A DNA stretch of 64,000 bases from NCBI RefSeq assembly GCF_009914755.1, contig NC_060925.1; one strand, given 5' to 3'. The translations under genes and the position numbers were made by a program. Source of the DNA: the human T2T-CHM13v2.0 reference genome, Homo sapiens. The notes beneath the pieces are model-generated. The model ran no database searches and was not told the DNA's origin. It worked only from the letters and a program-made list of their open reading frames with translations. Position 1 is the first letter of the stretch. Every line of letters begins with the position of its first letter. This document shows positions 18,890-32,346 of this stretch, piece after piece.

Positions 18890-19167
18890 AGACAGGGCCT
18901 TCCTCTGTCACCCAGGCTACAATGCAATGGTGTGATCATATGCAGTCTCAAATGTCTAGGCTCAAGTGATCTTCTTACCTCAGTCTCCAAAGTGGATGGG
19001 ACTACAGGCATATTCCACCATGCATGGCTTATTTTTAAACAATTTTTGTAGAGATGGGGTTGCACTACATTGCCCAGGCTGGTCTTGAAACTCCTGGCCT
19101 CAAACAATCCTCTCACCTCAACCTCTTAAAATGTTGAGATTACAGGCATGAGACAGCACACCTGGCC
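18825..19167 (-). mobile_element. AluJ SINE; its left TSD lies on the far side of the L1
   Basis: Diverged dimer with J features (ggctcaagtgatcttc, ctcaaacaatcctc); TSD atttgcattttatctt at 19172 and 12652. Confidence 0.88.
18842..18884. repeat. Pure poly(T) run, 43 nt
   Basis: Direct count. Confidence 0.95.
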
Positions 19168-19563
19168 CTAGATTTGCATTTTATCTTGACTGCCTTCTTG
19201 GTCTTTATATATCTAACACCTAGCCCAATGCCTTCTACAAAATGGATATTTAATACATACTCAAGGAGTGAATGTACAAATGGGTGAGTGAAAAAAATAT
19301 GCCTGTAGAACATAATCATTGAGAACTTATAGCAGTGAATTTATTTAGTAATTAAAATTAAAGGCAACTATACATAAAATATGCAGAAAAACTGATGGAA
19401 TTTAACATAATGAATATGATAGAATAAAGGCATAAACCCAAGTGGATAGAGAAGGATTAAATCAGAGAACAAGGTTAAGTAACTTGAAATTTCAGACTGC
19501 CATAAGGATCTGATAATTTTGAGTCTTGTAGGGTACCTTCTTTAATAAACTTTTTTTTATACA

Positions 19564-19905
19564 CAGTCTTCCCTTGGTATCCATGGAGAATTGGTTCTAG
19601 GACTCGTCTATGGATACCAACATTTGATTGATATTCAAGTCCCTCATATATTAATAAAATGATGCAGTATTTGCACATAACCTAAACACATCTTTCCTAT
19701 TACCTAAATTATCTCTAGATTGTGTGTAATACCTAACACAATGCCTACACATCACTTCATTCACGTGGGATTAATGTAGCACTCAGGGCACAGCAAATTC
19801 ATATTTTGCTTTTTGAAACTTTGTAGAAATTTTTTCCCTGAATATGTTCTATCAGAGTTGGCTGAATCCACATATGTGTAACTCACAGATACAGAGGGCC
19901 AATAG
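19564..19905. mobile_element. MER2-like Tc1/mariner-Tigger non-autonomous DNA transposon
   Basis: Ends cagtcttcccttggtatcc... / ...gatacagagggccaa; internal aaaatgatgcagtatttgcacataaccta. Confidence 0.8.
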
Positions 19906-20916
19906 AGACCAACAATATATACAATTGCTAATAGTGATCTCCAGGAGCCCCAAAAAGCATGAACCAAAATTGCAGAAGTAAGCATTTTCACAGATGAGCA
20001 GATAAGAGTGAAAGTCACAGTATTGGCCTTTGCTTTTTAACATAAATAAATGAGGTTTGTGTATTCATTCTTCCATGGATAATATATAATAGAACCTGAT
20101 TAATATCTCATGTCATCTTCAATTTAAGGTGAAATAATAAAGATCATTTGACCTCTAGACTTTCTTTAAATGTCATTAAAGCATTCATATAAATAATGAT
20201 ATGGAGAATGCATTTTCTTTATTTTACCACAGAATTTGATTTAGTGCGTAAGGAGTACCAGGCATTTGTTATACAAAATCAGTACAACAAAGACCATATC
20301 CTAGAATGCATTACAATACTATAGGGGAAATCAACAGAAAATGAAATTATAAGACAAAATGATAAAGTGCTGTAAAAGGGTATGAATAAAGCACAGCAGA
20401 GGTAACCTTAAAATTCACCAAACAAAATTCTCAAAGATCTTAGTAAAGAGATTGAAGGATATGATCTATTCTGAAAGTGGGTGTTTTAACAACTATTTGC
20501 ATCTCTTTAGCTGAGTGTAGCAAATTTGATTGGTTGTATCTTCCCTGCTTCCTCATATTTCATTGAGTGTCATATTTACTAAAGTGTTCTGGGGAGAAAG
20601 GGCAATTCACTAAATAGAATAGAATGAGAATGGGAGAATGATTTGGGCCCTATTATTTGTTACCATCATAAATATTTATTGCATATTCTTGTGCTTGATC
20701 ATCTACAAGGTGCTAATTCTTATGAGCTTAAAAACCAAGGATAATTAATGAATTACCTCCATACATATATGAGATACATTTAATAATTATGCACAGGTAG
20801 GAGTGACCTTATGAAAGATGGGGATGGGCAGCTCTTTATTTGATTTGAGAAATACAGGGTCTTACCTGCAAAAGGGGTTAAACATATTAAAGTTTGATTT
20901 GGCAGTGAATTCGTTT

Positions 20917-21070
20917 CTTGTGACTGAAAACACTCCTAAAAGTTTTTAACACCAAAGTGCACTTATTTTTTTTTCAAATTTGCATTTTATTTTTTTCCTT
21001 TTAATTAAAAAAAAATTTTTTTTTTTAAAAAAGGACAAGGTCTTCCTCTGTCACCCAGGCTATACTGCAG
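20917..21070 (+). repeat. Dispersed local duplication of the L1 pre-insertion site (12590-12670 joined to 18815-18927)
   Basis: cttgtgactgaaaacactcctaaaagtttttaacacc identical to 12590-12626; continues into tail and cttcctctgtcacccaggcta matching 18899-18919. Confidence 0.92.
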
Positions 21071-21341
21071 TATATTTAACCCATAAATGGGTTAAGAATA
21101 TTACCTTCCCACAGGGCTGCATTTGAATACATTTCTTTTGATGCAACCCGTATTTTTTGTTTAAGCTATTTCCTTTAGAAAGTCACTTATATTCTGCATA
21201 TGAATTTACTGGAAAAAGAAGGCTCATTGGAATGCTGGCAATGGCTAATGTGCTCATGTGTCAATTAGTGCCCTGTCCTAAGAACAATATGAGGAGATAG
21301 GATACAAAATTGTTAAGTCTTTCAGGAACAGAGGGAAACTA

Positions 21342-21670
<329 letters not shown>

Positions 21671-21789
21671 AAAACACGCTGCTTCACACTTTATATTGTA
21701 TGTTATCCTTGTAACCAATGTGATTTATATATCTTTAGTACAGTGTGTGTACATGCGTGTGCGTGTGTGTCCTATTTTAAGTAACCTAC

Positions 21790-22230
21790 ACGTTTATACA
21801 AGGGATTGCTATTGAACACCTACATGTGCCAGAATATTGTGGGAATTGGAGATGTAATAGTAAGTAAGAACCCAGATTTCTACATCTTAAAGAGCTTACA
21901 GTATAGTGGAAGACACGGGCACATTTAGTGAAATACGCTGTATGATAGGAGATATACTGGAAATATGGGAGCATTGAGAGGAAGTTATGTCTGATGTGAA
22001 AGGTTAAGGATGGCTTCCAAAACCAGGGATTTCTGAGATGAGATATGCAGTATGGGCACAAACGTGCCAGGTGAGCCAGGAGAGGTAAGAGGTGAGAAGG
22101 CAGAGAGGGCAGCATGTGCAAATATCTAGCAAGAGGAAAGATAATACCCAATTCAGGGATCTAGGAAACATTTGCTCTTCTAAAGTTTAGAGGATGAAGG
22201 GGGAATGTTGAAAGATAACAGCAGGAAAGT
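21790..22230 (-). mobile_element. L2 relic
   Basis: tattgaacacctacatgtgccag..., ggcagagagggcagcatgtgcaaa motifs. Confidence 0.65.
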
Positions 22231-22848
22231 GTATTAGAATTCTTTTGGAGCAAGACACAAAAACAGATAGCTCCCAGCTTAAGTAAAGTAAGAATATACT
22301 ACAAACCTAATACGATACATATCTCATAAATCCAACTCTCAGGAATCTCTTTGGCTTCAATAAAGAAAGGAATTGAGAACTTAAATGGTATCAAGATTGC
22401 CTCTGCATCATTCCTCTCTGCTCCACTGCCTGGGTTGGCTCCATTCTCCATGCTCACTGCTGACAGGCTGTCTCTACTCAGTAGATAGATAATTTCATCC
22501 TCCTTACTTCTTATAGTGGATACCCAGGAAATTATTTGTTTAGTGCCTTGTCTTATACTGAAAGACCTCCTTATACACCCATCCTTGTGGATTCCAGTAG
22601 CAATTTTGTACCTAATTGATTGATACAAAAATGGGCATTAGGCCCAAGATGATACAATAAGAATATTTCCCCTGGCTAGCCTCTTTAATGGAGACATTTT
22701 AGGTTTGGTTTATATAGGACCAACATATCACCATAAGGCTCATATGAGGAATTATTTAGAATTAGGTAAGGGGCTAAGCAAATGCCTCTGCAGGTATTCA
22801 CAACAATATAATAAATGGGATTGAGAAATTTGGACTAGAATATATTAA

Positions 22849-23183
<335 letters not shown>

Positions 23184-23959
23184 TTTTTTGCTTTATTAAA
23201 ATAAAAATTGTTTGAACTAGTGTGCTTTTCTTGTATATTTAACATTTGCTAAATTTTCATTTGCTTGCAACTTATTAGGAGCAAATTCACTGCAAAAACA
23301 AAGTGAATTTCTTGTGTGGTTGAGTCCCTTGGTGCATGTGAATTTCTGACATCAGGTCTGAAGATGTGAGCCATTCTCATCAAATACCACACTGGCCTCC
23401 ACAGAGCTCTCCATGATTATTTGATCCTTCAGACTCCATGCGAGCTAGAAGTGGTGGGTGGGAGCAGATGCTATCCAAGCATTTCCATCACTTTTGGCAT
23501 TTTGGTTGCTGATCTGATAACATTTTCCTATATTTATTTTGGATGTAGTCCTGCAATTTTCTCCCAGGCACTATTATCTGCACTTGACAGACTGTGTACA
23601 GCAGAAGTGCTGATCCTTGATCATGGGGCAGATTATATGACATATGAATGGTGCAGTATGCTACACACCAATAAGCAAATCCCTTGGAAAAGCATGGAAT
23701 AGTACAAACAGGCTGAGTGGCCATTTCTTATTCCTACTGACACTGTTTTGAAAAACAGTTTTAAAAAGCCCTGGATCCTGTCATATTGAGAAGAAAAGGA
23801 CATTTTTGTTTCTTGTGCGGTCACAAGTAACAAGAATAACAACTATCTTTTATTAGGTACATGTCATGTTCCAGGTACTTTGAGTAATAGTAGTCATTCA
23901 TATGGGAATCTTTCTTACTTGGCTTTGGTTGAGATTTAAAGTTGGGATGGCAGGGAGCA

Positions 23960-24480
23960 CAACAGGTACCTCTTCTGGTTATTACCAGGTGACAAATGAA
24001 ACCAACATTTAGCAGCTGAAGACAGCCCTTTGATTGTGCTGACAAATTCTGTGGGTTGGGAATTTGAATGCAGTATCCAAGGCCTCAGCCGATTCCAAGG
24101 CAGGGGGTAATTCGAAACCCAGAGACCAAAATCACCTGAAGGCTCATTCATGCACACTCCTGGCACTTGGGCTGGAGGATTCAAGGACTAGAATTGACAG
24201 CTGGAGTTCCTCCCTGTGTCTTCTCCAGGTATCTTGGCTTCCTCATAGTATGGCCACGTCAGGGTACTTGGCCACTTACATGAAGCTCAGGGAATCCAGT
24301 GCAAGTGTTTCAGCAAACAAGGCAGAAGCCTCATCTCTTTTCATGACCCAGCATCAAAAGTCACGCAGTGTTACTTTTAATATATTGTATTGATCAAACC
24401 CCACCCATATTCAAAATAACATAGATCTTCCTATTAATGGACACCAAAATTTTGGTGCCATGTTTTCAAAAAGCCAAAGT
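23960..24480 (-). mobile_element. MLT1 (F/G/H-like) MaLR solo LTR
   Basis: aattctgtgggttgggaatttg, gaaggctcattcatgcacactcctggc, cagcaaacaaggcagaagc, aagtcacgcagtgttactt motifs. Confidence 0.65.
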
Positions 24481-24506
24481 ATCAGACCACAAAGGCAAAG
24501 TGGCAT

Positions 24507-24885
24507 TGTCAGTTTAGGCTGCTATAAGAGAATACCATAGACTGAGTAACTTAAACAACCAATATTTATTTCTCACAGTTTGAGAGCCTGAGAAGTTCAA
24601 GATCAAGATGCCCATAGATTCAGTGTCTAGTGAGGACACTTCCAAGTTATAGAATGCCAAGTTCTTTTTGTATCTTTACATGGTAGAAAGCAGAAAGAGC
24701 TCTATGGGGTCTCTTTTATGTGAACACTAATCCCACATATGAGATTGGTATTACCTCCCAATTGAAGTACCTCCCAATCTAATTATTTCCCAAAGGCCCT
24801 GTCTCCTAATACCATCACATTGGAGGTAAGGATTTCACCATATCACTTTGGTGGGGAAAGGGTACAAAAATGTAGATCATAACAC
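24507..24885 (-). mobile_element. MLT1A-like MaLR solo LTR
   Basis: ggctgctataagagaataccatagactgagtaacttaaacaac...atttatttctcacagt...aagatcaagatgcc...ctcctaataccatcacattgg. Confidence 0.8.
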
Positions 24886-24920
24886 TTATCATGGTTTAAA
24901 AATTATAAAAGTGGTATTGC

Positions 24921-25054
24921 AGCCAGTAACAGTGGCTCACACCTATAATCCCAACTTCTTGGGAGTCTGAGGTGGAAGGATCACTGTAGTGAACTATGAC
25001 TATGCCACTCTACTCCAGCCCAGGCAACAAAGAGAGAACCTGTCTAGAAAAAAT
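24921..25054 (+). mobile_element. Alu monomer relic (FAM/FRAM-like) with internal deletion
   Basis: gtggctcacacctataatccca...gaggtggaaggatcact joined to gtagtgaactatgactatgccactctactccagcc. Confidence 0.65.
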
Positions 25055-25504
25055 ATTGTAAAAATGGTACTGAAATTCTTAACTCACCATCTACCTCAAG
25101 GATTAAAAAAAGATGTGAAGGATTAGAGAAAGCAGACATGAGAACTGCTTTGGAGAAATTGTCAGTATTTCCTGTATTCCGCTGCTCCATGTCAACCGCT
25201 ATGAAAAACAGAATGAGAGGAGATAACTTTGCTCTTGCCTGAGAGGAAGAGATGCTTTCAGAGTTTGGAGAGCCTGATATGATATGCATCTCCTGAAATT
25301 TGAGGGATGCAGTGACTGATATCTGACTCATGCCTAAAATGTCTAACATTAGCAGTTTTGACTAGCTGAAATAGTCTACAGCAGCAGAATAAAATAGTCT
25401 TCACTGAAGCAAGCCACCTTTTCAGAGTTTGGCTGGCTAAGGACACCTGTGTGATTTCCATCTGTCGGAAAAGAGATCACTGTGAATTGTCTTGAAAATG
25501 ACTC

Positions 25505-25803
25505 AGCTGGGCACGGTGGCTAATGCCTGTAATCCCAGCACTTCGGAAAGCTGAGGTGAGTGGATTGCTAGAGCTCAGACATTTGAGATCAGCCTTGGCA
25601 ACATGATGATGCCCCATCTCTCCAAAAATATAAAAATTAGCTGGGCGTGGTGCTGCGTGCTTGTAGTCCCAGCTACTCAGGAGGCTGAGATGGAAGGATT
25701 GCTTGAGCCCAGAATGTCAAAGCTGCAAGTAAGCCATGATCAGGCCACTGCACTCCAGCCTGGGTGACAGAATTAGACCCTGTCTCAAAAAAAAAAAAAA
25801 AAT
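25505..25803 (+). mobile_element. AluJ SINE
   Basis: Full dimer with J features (ggaaggattgcttgagcccag, gaccctgtctc) plus A tail. Confidence 0.9.
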
Positions 25804-26422
25804 AGAAAGAGAGAAGAGAAATTACCCTATGCCAATCTCTTTTCTTCAAAGATTAAGAAGACCTTGGCATAAAGAAGCTAGGATTAGAAGGAAGAGCTAA
25901 AGGGGATTGGATGTTACCAGCTTGAAATTATCACCTGCACCAAGGAACTGAAGTCAAAGATTCATAGAAGTGATTCAGGGAATAATGTAAATGGTTTCAG
26001 ATATCCACCACACCTAGAAAGCATCACTGCAAGATTACAAGTAAGATCTCCTTTGTCTAATAACTTTCCCATCTCCCATTGTGTTACAGAACAACCATCT
26101 GGTAATGGAAGTGTCACTTGAAATCATAGTAGAATCCCATTCACACTAGAGGATAAGGGAAAATAAAAGTTTTTAATTGAATGAGAATCCTGTGTTTCAA
26201 CGTCTATGGACTGATCTGTTGTTATTAAAACCTGGGAAAAGAAAGTATTCTTGGAGTACCTGAGAATGACTAAATGTTCTGTGATATCTGCCAGAGATTT
26301 TATACAGGATTACAGATAAATGAACCCTAAAAAGGTGACAATTGGCAGGATCAGTTGGTAAGAGATAATAAAAAATTCTTGCTTCCTAACCTTTTCAAGT
26401 ATTTCAATAAAGTTGACATATA

Positions 26423-26759
26423 CAGTCATGCACTGCATAATGAGATTTTGGTCAATAATAGATCATATATATGACAGTGGTCTCATAAGATTATAATACT
26501 GTATTTTTGCTGTACTTTTTCTATGTTTAGATATGTTTAGGTACACAAATAGCTAAAATTGTGTTACATGCGTACAGTACAATAATATATTGTACAGGTT
26601 TGTAGCCTGGGAGCAATAAGCTATACCTTATAGCTTAGGTTTTCAGCAGGCTATACCCTTTAGGTTTGCATAAGTACACTATGTTGTTTATACAACAACA
26701 AAATTACCAGTTGATCTATTTCTCAGAATGTATCCCAGTCATTAAGCAATGGATGACTA
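26423..26759. mobile_element. Tigger3a/MER7A-like DNA transposon
   Basis: TIR-like ends cagtcatgcactgcataatg / cattaagcaatggatgacta, TA flanks; tgtacaggtttgtagcctgggagcaataagctatac. Confidence 0.85.
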
Positions 26760-26811
26760 TATATTAAATTTATTTAATTCTCATAACTCTATTGAGGTAG
26801 GAAATAATATT

Positions 26812-27361
26812 CTCTGAGGCAAATAAAGGATGGCTATAAACTCTTTGTCATTCTTCCCATCAAGAGCTGGAGTCTGTGTCCTCACCTTGAATATAGGTCA
26901 TCTCTGTGATTGCTATCATAAAAAGAACATAGCAGAAGTGATACTGTACCAGGTTCCCCTGACGCCTAAAAAGACTGACAGCTTCCATTTCCTTTCTCTT
27001 GGAAAACTCTCTCCAGGGGTCTGGAAGACAATGAAGTCCAATTACTCTGAGAGCACCATGCTAGAGAGGCCGTGTATAAAGCTGACTAGTGCCAGCAGAG
27101 CCCAAACATTCTCTCCACACAGGTCCCAGCTCAGGGAGGGAGTGAAGTCATCTAGGATGCTCTAGACTAGACTATCTCCCAGACGAATACCGTTGAATGA
27201 TTCTTAGTCAATACCTCATGGAGCAAAGAAATTGTCCAGCTAAGCCCTGCCCAAAGTAATGACTCATGAAATCATGAGATATAATAAAATAGTTAATGGT
27301 TATTGTTTTAAGACACTGAGTTTTATAGTAATTTGTTACACAATAATAAATAGCCAAAATA
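26812..27361 (+). mobile_element. MLT1 (G/H-like) MaLR solo LTR
   Basis: ttcttcccatcaagagctggagtct start; tgtccagctaagccctgccc; gtaatttgttacacaataataaatagcc end. Confidence 0.7.
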
Positions 27362-27499
27362 TCTCCAATTATAAGTAAGGAAACAGACTAAGAAAGGTCA
27401 ATATTTTCCCAAGAAAACCTGTTTAACAAATGGACAAGAATAATATCCTTATAAAGCTGACCTACTAAAAAGGGGAATAGAGATAATAAACAAGATAAA

Positions 27500-27990
27500 G
27501 GATAAAGGAGAAAAAATAAAGCAAGGAGTGGATAGAGGTTGAAATATAAGAAGTGGTGGCCAAGAAAGGCTGAACTGAGAAGTTGACTATTGAGTAATGA
27601 GCTCAAGGAATTGTAAGAAAAAAACATATGGAATCCAGGAGAGAATATTCTAGGCAGAGGGAAAAGAATATGCCAGAGGCACAGACAAAACCAATATTTT
27701 CAAGTAAACTTTGTATTATTTTGTTCACATGTATGAAAGATTATCATGCACATTATTAGTAATATGCAGTAAAGAATTAAAATGAAGGTGGCTTAGACCA
27801 AGCTAGTAATAGAGCAGATGTTGTTGAGAAGTACAAATATTTTGAAGGGAAAGTTAATGGAATTTGATGACATATTGGATATGGTATGTGAGAGGAGTCA
27901 AGATTACTTTCAGTGTTTTGACCTATGTAACTAGAAAACTGGAGTAGCCGTTAACAGGGATGGTGATAGCTTTGGTAGATCAGGGTCTAC
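27500..27990 (-). mobile_element. L2 relic
   Basis: aatattctaggcagagggaa, tattttgaagggaaagttaatggaatttgatgacatattggat motifs. Confidence 0.55.
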
Positions 27991-28484
27991 TCTGTGGGAA
28001 GAATACAGCAATGAGCAGATGAGTGGATAGAAAGGTAGCTATAGATGGAAGAAAAATGAAAACACATAAATGTCACCAATGCTGAATCTAAACTCAGCTA
28101 TTCATACATATTTTAAATAACTAGCATTCATTGAGTTCTTATAAAGAATTAGGTGTTATACCATGCTTTACTTACTCCCTTAATCAGAGTCCTGTTAGGA
28201 AAACAGCAAGTATGTCAAATATTTAAACAGAGTCTATTTTATGTAGGGAATCAGTTACACAACGGTAATCACATTTGTTGTCAGCTTCCCCTAGATCTGG
28301 AAAAATAAAATGTTACAGAAATGTAAGATCAGGTAGATACCATGAGCCAGAGTCAGGTAGTCAGGCTAGAACTCATAGAAAACAACACAATGTTTTCAGG
28401 AAAAAAAAACAGTGGTGAGATGTCAGGTGGATAAGACCTAAGACATTTCAAATTTGCTATGGTAAAGCAAGTATTGAAAAGTGC

Positions 28485-28840
28485 TGTGCTGCTTTTTGGA
28501 TGTGTCAACTTGGCTAGACCATAGTTCCCAATTATTCAATGGAACATCAATTTAGGTGTTGCTTTGAAGGTGTTTTGTAGATATCATTAAAGTTCATAAT
28601 CACATTATCAGTTGATCTGAAGTAAGGGAGATTATCCCAGATAATCTGGGTAGCTGTGATTCAATCAATTAAAAGGTCTTACAAATAGAGCTGAAGTTTC
28701 CCTGAAGAAATTCCATCCATGGACGTCACCTCTACTTCATGTCCCAGAGCTCTAGTCTGCCCTTCCTGATGGCCTGCCTTAGTGATTTTAGATTTGCTGA
28801 GCCAGCCCCCACAAACAACATGAGTCTTGCAATAAATCTT
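28485..28840 (+). mobile_element. MLT2 (D/E-like) LTR fragment
   Basis: atgtgtcaacttggctagac...taggtgttgctttgaaggtgttttgtagat...gggagattatcccagataatctggg. Confidence 0.7.
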
Positions 28841-29915
28841 TCACCTTCAGGTGAGGAACTATGGGAATGGAGCACACACAGCAATAAGAAGGTGGAATCA
28901 TGGTGAATGAAATAACTTTTGCCTCAGCCATGGGGCTTTAGGTTATCTTTTCTGTTTGGATAGTAGTCAGTCCTTACCATGGGAGCCAATCACAATCCCA
29001 AATGCCATAATCCTGAACACCATAATTTTGAACGTTGAAATCCAGAAAGGTCAAAATTCTGAAATATAATTCTGGAAAAATGAGAAAATTATTTAAAATA
29101 AATTTACTTACATGTTTAAAAGAGGATTTATTTGAGAAACATAAAAATACAACAGAAAACTTCATAGACCACTTACATAATAGGCAATAATAGCATACAT
29201 ATTTTTGAAAGCATAAGCACTCAGGTATACTAAGAAGAGTCACACGGGCATTTTAGTCATTAGCAGGAAAACTAGATTCATGAATAAATAGCTCATATAA
29301 CTATGGTAATTTGAAATACCATGGTTGACAACCCATGTGTTTTGACAAGATCAATCAAAAACCTTGATAGGTCACCAATACATTTACAGTCATCCAAAAA
29401 GCCAAGATCTGAGGAAATTTTATCTTTCACAAATGCAAATGTACAAAAAGGACATCTCTACATTTATTGAGGAAGTTTCAATGTTTTTATGTACAAACAC
29501 AATGCTTAAATACAAAGTCAATATTGTGATAATGCACCTTTGTGGAGTCAAGTTTGCAAAAAATACATAAAACAAATTATGACTTCATAAACGTCTACAC
29601 GATTTATACCTCTGGTATTGTAAATAATGCAGAGATGAAATACATAGCATAGCAAATTGTACCAAAATAATGCTGACAACTCAAAACAGTGAGAGCAAAA
29701 TCCAAAAAACAAAAACAAAAAAACCTAAAAAGGAAATCTGGTGTACGAGAAAGCGTCTTACAGGGGTAGATTAAGGGCAATTTCACAGAGGTAGGCCATA
29801 AGAGCTGGCCAACTTTCCATTAACTATATTTCAAAATCTTGCATTGCAATGAATAGCTGCTTTTTCCTTGGAGAATTTTTTGCATGGCTTTCCTTGGAGA
29901 ATACATTCATATTAA

Positions 29916-30043
29916 TTGTTTTTAATAGAGGCAAGGTCTCACTCTGTTGCTCAGGCTGATCTCAAAATCCTGGGCTCAAGCAGTCCTCACACCTCAGCCT
30001 CCCAAAGTGCTAGAATTACAGGCGTAAGTGACAGTGCCAGGCC
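29916..30043 (-). mobile_element. FLAM / free left Alu monomer nested in Ricksha
   Basis: Monomer ending cccaaagtgctagaattacaggcgtaagtgacagtgccaggcc; TSD acattcat(a/t)tt on both sides. Confidence 0.8.
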
Positions 30044-32154
30044 TCACATTCATTTTCTAAGTGGTGTTGCTCTTTTTGAAATTATTTTGTGATTCAATAT
30101 ACATGGACATGAGCATGCACTATTAAATTTTTCCATCTTATGTGCCATGCTTCTATGTAGTTTTCAACACGCATAAGTCAATTTCACATGAACTCATATA
30201 TGGACCACAAATTTGGTGGAGTGGTGAGTGAACTGCAACACCATTGCAAGTCTTCTTATCCTAGAGTGCATATAATTATTTTCAAAGCAGTCAGTAATTT
30301 CACTGGCTTTTTAAAAAAATTTCTATTTTAGGTTCAAGGGTATATGTGCAGGTTTGTTATATAAGTAAACCGTGTGTCTTGGAGGTTTGCTGTAGAGATC
30401 ATTTCATCACCCAGTTAATAAGCATAGTGCTCAATAGGTAGTTTTTTCATTCTCTCCCTCTCCCCACACTCCACCCTCAAGTCAGTTCCCATATCTGCCG
30501 TTACCCTCTTCGTGTTCATGTGTTCCCATTGTTTAGCTCACATTTATAAGTGAGAACATACAGCATACAGTGTTTGGTTTTCTGTTTCTGCATTAGTTTT
30601 CTTAGTATTATGGACCCCAGTTCCACCCATGTTGCTGCAAAGGACATGATCTCTTTCTTTCTTATGGCTGCATAGTATTTCATGGTGTATATGTACCACA
30701 TTTTGTTTATCCAGTCTACCATTGATAGGCATTTCAGTAGATTTCATGTCTTTGCTATTATGAATAGTGCTGCAATAAAGATATGTGTGCATGTGTCTTT
30801 ATGGCATACAATTTATATTCCTTTGGGTATATACCTAACAATGGGATTGCTGGATCAAATAGTAATTCTGTCTTAAATTCTTTAAGGAATCACCACACTG
30901 CTGTCCTCAATGACTGAACTAATTTACATTCCCACTAGCAGTGTATAAGCATTCTCTTTTCTCCACAACTTCACCAGCATCTGTTATTTTTTGAGTTTTT
31001 AATAATAGCCATTCTGACTGATGTAAGATGGTATCTTGTGGTTTTGATTGCATTTATTCAGTGACTAGGGATGACGGGCATCTTTTAAGATGTTTGTTGG
31101 CTATGTGTATGTCTTTTCTTGAAAAGTGTCTGTTCATGTTCTTTGCCCACTTTTTAATGGGATTGTTTGCTTTTGTGTTTTTGCATGTAAATTTGTTTAA
31201 GTTACTTATAGTTTCTGGACATTAGAACTTTGTTGGATGCATAGCTTACAAATACCTTGTCCCATTCTGTAGATTCTGTTTACTGTGTTGATTGTTTCTT
31301 TTGCTGTGCACCAGCTCTTTAGTTTAATTAGGTCCCATTTGTCAATTTTTGTTTTTGCTGCGATTGCTTTTGGCATCTTTGTCATGAAATCTTTGCCAGT
31401 TTCTATGTCCAGAATGATATTTCCTAGGTTATCTCGCTTTTTATAGTTTTAGGTTTTACAGTAACGTCTTTAATCCATCTTGAGTTGACTTTTGTATATA
31501 GTGTAAGGAAGGAGTTCAGTTTCAATCTTCCACATATGGCTATCCAGTTATCCCAGCAACATTTATTTTATAGGCAATCAATTCCCCATTGCTTGTTTTT
31601 GTTGACTTTGTTGAATGTCAGATGGTTGTAAGTATGAGGCATTATTTCTGGGCTCTCTATTGTGTTCCATTGGTTTATGTGTGTGTTTTTGTACCAGTAC
31701 TATGCTGTTTTGGTTACTGTAGTTGTGTGGTATAATTTGAAGTCGGGTAACATGATGCCCCCAGTTTTGTTCTTCTTGCTTAGGATTACTTGGCTATTCA
31801 GGTTCCTTTGTAGTTCCATATGAATTTTAAAATAGTTTTTCTAGTTCTGTGAAGAATGTCATTGGTAGTTTGACAGCAATAACATTGAATTTATAAGTTG
31901 TTTTGGGCAGTATGGCCATTTTAACAATATTGATTCTTCCTATCCATGGGCATGAAATGTTTTTCAATTGTTTGTGTCATCTCTGATTTATTTGATCAGT
32001 GTTTCATAAGTCTTGTAGAGATCTTTCTCTTCCCTGGTTAGCTATATGCCTACATGTTTTATTTTTGTCTGTGTGGCAATTGTGAATGAGATTCCATTCT
32101 TGATTTGGCTCTCAGCTTGAACGTTGTTGATTTATAAGAATGTTACTGATTTTT

Positions 32155-32346
32155 GGCCGGATGTGGTGGCTCACACCTGTAATCCCAGCACTTTGGGAGG
32201 CCGAGGCAGGTGGATCATGAAGTCAGGAGTTTGAGACCAGCCTGAGCAACATGGTGAAACCCCATTTCTACTAAATGGGGTGGTGTATGCCTGTAATCCA
32301 AGCTACTCAGCAGGCTGAGGCAAGGGAATCACCTGAATCCAGGAGG
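32155..32346 (+). mobile_element. AluS fragment (A-rich linker deleted, 3' end missing)
   Basis: ggccggatgtggtggctcacacctgtaatcccagc...; stops at cctgaatccaggagg with no tail. Confidence 0.85.
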
